Positions 61,446 to 64,000 of a stretch of 64,000 bases of DNA are shown piece after piece. How positions within the stretch are numbered: the stretch's first letter is position 1; each line of letters opens with the position of its first letter. A program made the translations under genes and the position numbers. Origin of the DNA: Desulforhopalus sp. (lineage in GTDB: Bacteria; Desulfobacterota; Desulfobulbia; Desulfobulbales; Desulfocapsaceae); the NCBI GenBank assembly GCA_047622095.1, contig JBLHNU010000011.1, positions 41,428 to 105,427 of the forward strand, in the 5' to 3' direction. A model generated the notes under the pieces. The model was not told where the DNA came from. It did not search any database and was given only the letters and a program-made list of their open reading frames with translations.

Positions 61446-61644
61446 ATTTTTTGAGGTGAAGTACTTTTCGTTTTGCATTTTCTTCTCCCTTCCCTTTTTC
61501 AAAGGGAGGGAAGGGGAAGATAAAAAATATGCGAAGCAACAAAATCTTTCAAAGCAGAGCGTTTTGCTCCTTCACCTCATTCACAATCCTTTAGTACTGG
61601 GACATACAGATAAGTACGTTCAATCCTGAAGAACCTTTATTACT

Positions 61645-62382
61645 TTGTTTTTAGCTGCCGGCTTACTGATTTTCCTGTCGACAAGTACTATTGCCTCAGC
61701 AACCATTGGAATCATTAAATCTGTTTCTGGCGATGTCTACCTGACAAACACAACCTCCGCCATCAAGGCCGTCCCGAACATGAGGCTCAATCAAGGAGAT
61801 TCTATTCGAACTGGCTCAAACAGTAACGCGGGTCTTATCTTCGAAGATGACACAGTCGTTTCTCTTGGGTCAAACAGCGAAATGTCAATTGAGAAATTTC
61901 TTTTTGACCCAGCGACTGAAAAACTGGGAACAACTATCACCATTCATCTACCTGCAACGGACCAACCAGTGAGTTCAATCTCAAAACAAATTCCATTAGA
62001 TCGCTACAGAGGTAAAGAAACCGTACTTGTAGTAGATGATCTTCAGGAGCAACTCACAATAGCCAGCAATATGCTCAAAAAGTTTGGCTACAATGTGATC
62101 GCCACCAAAAATGGATCCGAGGCTCTTGAGCTACCTGCAAGATCTCAAGTCGATCTCGTGATGCTTGACATGATCATGCCTGGCCAATTAGACGGTCTCG
62201 AAACATACGAAGAAATTCTTAAGCTACACCCGGGCCAAAAGGCGATCATGGCCAGTGGGTATTCAGAATCGGATCGAGTACGCAGAATGCAGAAACTTGG
62301 TGCCGGTAGCTACATCCAAAAACCGTATTCAATGGAAGAGCTTGCCCGTGCAGTTCGAACAGAACTAGACCGCAAGCCTTAA
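61645..62382 (+). pseudogene. In-frame chimera: signal peptide + FecR N-domain fused to the tail of a hybrid kinase (HATPase end + REC)
   Basis: IGIIKSVSGDV..GDSIRTG..FEDDTVVSLGSNS (FecR) runs directly into GTTITIHLPA..ETVLVVDD..MLDMIMP..SGYS..KPY at about 61927-61932. No ATG start; TGA in frame at 61627. Confidence 0.75.
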
Positions 62383-62430
62383 CAGCACACATGCCCCTGT
62401 AGATCCCTTGTGGATGAGTCACATCATTTT

Positions 62431-63207
62431 TTATAAAAATGGCTCAAAGGGTGGTCGCTGGCGACGCTGATGTTTTTGTTCCCAGGCAGCAAGGCGCCCT
62501 TTATACGGCTCACTCAATCGGACTTCAACATCCTTTTTCCCAGATGCACTCTTCTGAGCCCAACCCCACCAGTTATCCTTTACGAGAAAATTGGAATAGG
62601 CTGGATGCTGCATTACAAGTAACTGAAAAATGAGTTCAATATGTGGCTGCACAAGTTCATCATCACCCATTTCGAGCATAGAGACCCCATCTGTTTTTGT
62701 CTTTCCTTCCTTCAGCTTACTCTCGTATGTCCACTGAAGATCATCAAAAACAATCCAGCCATCTTCTTTGAGTAATTTATCGGCTAGAAAGAATGCGGCC
62801 CCATCAATAGTCCAGTTTTTAGCGCCATCGATAAAACAGAAATCATACAGTGGTAGACACTTCCCACTTTCACTCTGCGCCGCAATCATCTTTTTCAAAA
62901 ACCAATTATAGCTAGTACTCTCCCGTGCAATAGTCACTCTGTCCTTAAGACCTGTCTGTTCAAGAAGTTGCTCTATAGTTGGGTCTTGCCACTCTTTAGC
63001 TCCCAGAAGATCTACCGAGGTAAGATGCCCCTCACCCAATTCATCGAGCGCGGCAGCGATATAGCAGCTTGAAGCCCCATGGGCAAAACCCAGTTCAAGA
63101 CATTGCTGAGGTTTATTGTCAAGAACGTGATGATATAGATCATAGGCCATATCTTCCATCACATATGGAACCCCTTTTACGATCTTGCGGATTTCTTCAA
63201 ACTTCAT
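62431..63207 (-). CDS. Class I SAM-dependent methyltransferase (Methyltransf_24-like)
   Basis: CLELGFAHGASS, LTSVD, YDFCFIDGAKNW and GWIVFDD. Start set at MKFEE after SD AAGGGG (ORF track 63267). Confidence 0.85.
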   Translation of the reverse strand: MKFEEIRKIVKGVPYVMEDMAYDLYHHVLDNKPQQCLELGFAHGASSCYIAAALDELGEGHLTSVDLLGAKEWQDPTIEQLLEQTGLKDRVTIARESTSYNWFLKKMIAAQSESGKCLPLYDFCFIDGAKNWTIDGAAFFLADKLLKEDGWIVFDDLQWTYESKLKEGKTKTDGVSMLEMGDDELVQPHIELIFQLLVMQHPAYSNFLVKDNWWGWAQKSASGKKDVEVRLSEPYKGRLAAWEQKHQRRQRPPFEPFL

Positions 63208-63282
63208 ACTGTTCCCCTTCTGGCAATGAAATTGCGCCAAACAACATTCCTTTTCATATTGAGGCAATTATTCAATTCAGTG

Positions 63283-64000
63283 TTACTTGAGCGATCGAGG
63301 TTTTCTAAGGCTTGTTAGCGGCAGCAGCTCAACGAGTAATATTGCGACGAGAATCAATGCAGCCCCTGAAAGTTGAAAGAGGCTGAGACGTTCCCCAAGA
63401 AATATCATTCCACCCATGGCTGCAAATACAGTTTCTGAACTAAGAATTATGGCTGCATCAGCAGCAGGTGTATAGCGTTGTCCAACAACCTGCAGAGTAA
63501 ACGCCATTCCAACGGAGAAAAGGCCTATATAGCAAATCCCCCAACCTGCACCCAGAATCTGGCTAAAAGTAGGTGATTCAATTCCAACGCCCATGAGCAA
63601 TCCAACAATACCACAGACAAGAAATTGACCACAGGCAACAACAAGAGGTGCCCGAGTTTTGGATGCCAAAATTCCTACAAGGATCACATGGCTGGCCCAA
63701 AAAACAGTGCTGGAGATCACCCATAAATCACCAATAGCAAGTTCAATATTCTGCGCCCCGCTAAGAACATAGGTCCCTAGAAAACAACATATGGATGCTG
63801 GCCAGATAGAAAAATGAACCTTCCTTTTCAAAAACAGAAGTCCAATGACAGGAACAAGAGGGACATATAGTGCCGTAAGAAAGCCTGAGTTAATAACAGT
63901 TGTCCTCAAAATGCCATGCTGTTGCAATGCAGCCGCCGTCAACAAAACACAACCAGTAAGAACTATTCCAATCCAATCTTTGTTTATAAAAACTCTATCA
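63283..64000 (-). CDS. DMT/EamA-family transporter (5' end outside window)
   Basis: NSGFLTALYVPLVP, GDLW, AFTLQVVGQR and ILSSETVFAA. The frame stays open to position 64000. Confidence 0.9.
   Translation of the reverse strand, partial: DRVFINKDWIGIVLTGCVLLTAAALQQHGILRTTVINSGFLTALYVPLVPVIGLLFLKRKVHFSIWPASICCFLGTYVLSGAQNIELAIGDLWVISSTVFWASHVILVGILASKTRAPLVVACGQFLVCGIVGLLMGVGIESPTFSQILGAGWGICYIGLFSVGMAFTLQVVGQRYTPAADAAIILSSETVFAAMGGMIFLGERLSLFQLSGAALILVAILLVELLPLTSLRKPRSLK

Noticed and set aside
60922-61629. ORFs 60922..61212, 61306..61542 and 61438..61629 as genes or transposase pieces
   Set aside because: No recognisable motifs. They run through the promoter, the decayed GNAT-like fragments and the hairpin.

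Overview
64 kb of bacterial chromosome, moderately AT-rich. Gene content and protein style suggest a sulfate-reducing Desulfobacterota, probably Desulfobulbales-like (inference). I found no rRNA, tRNA, CRISPR array, prophage or transposase. Most of the window is housekeeping and transport: hemC, pgeF, cbiK, purL, recD2, acetoacetate-CoA ligase, a nucleoside ABC operon with gpt, an amino-acid ABC operon, adenosine kinase, a transketolase-like enzyme, uraA and upp. The standout is a co-oriented Pil-Chp (type IV pilus-class) chemosensory cluster at 45450-56544: PilJ-like MCP, ChpA-like kinase, two CheW, PilH and a multidomain PilG/PatA-like regulator. It has no CheR/CheB, but it carries an orphan LivJ-like periplasmic binding protein internally and a LysE/RhtB exporter 12 bp after pilH. 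Other notable items are two palindromic MITE-like elements that share a core motif and have 4-bp flanking repeats, a duplicated GT-C-like membrane gene with a pseudogenised MOT1 3' scar, an ATPase-less TolC/HlyD/ABC-2 operon, a YheO-RidA-CyuA module and an in-frame FecR::receiver chimera. Gene-decay zones lie at 0.3-2.6 kb (wtp ABC and glycoside hydrolase-like remnants) and 61-62.4 kb. Family assignments come from recalled motifs, not database searches.
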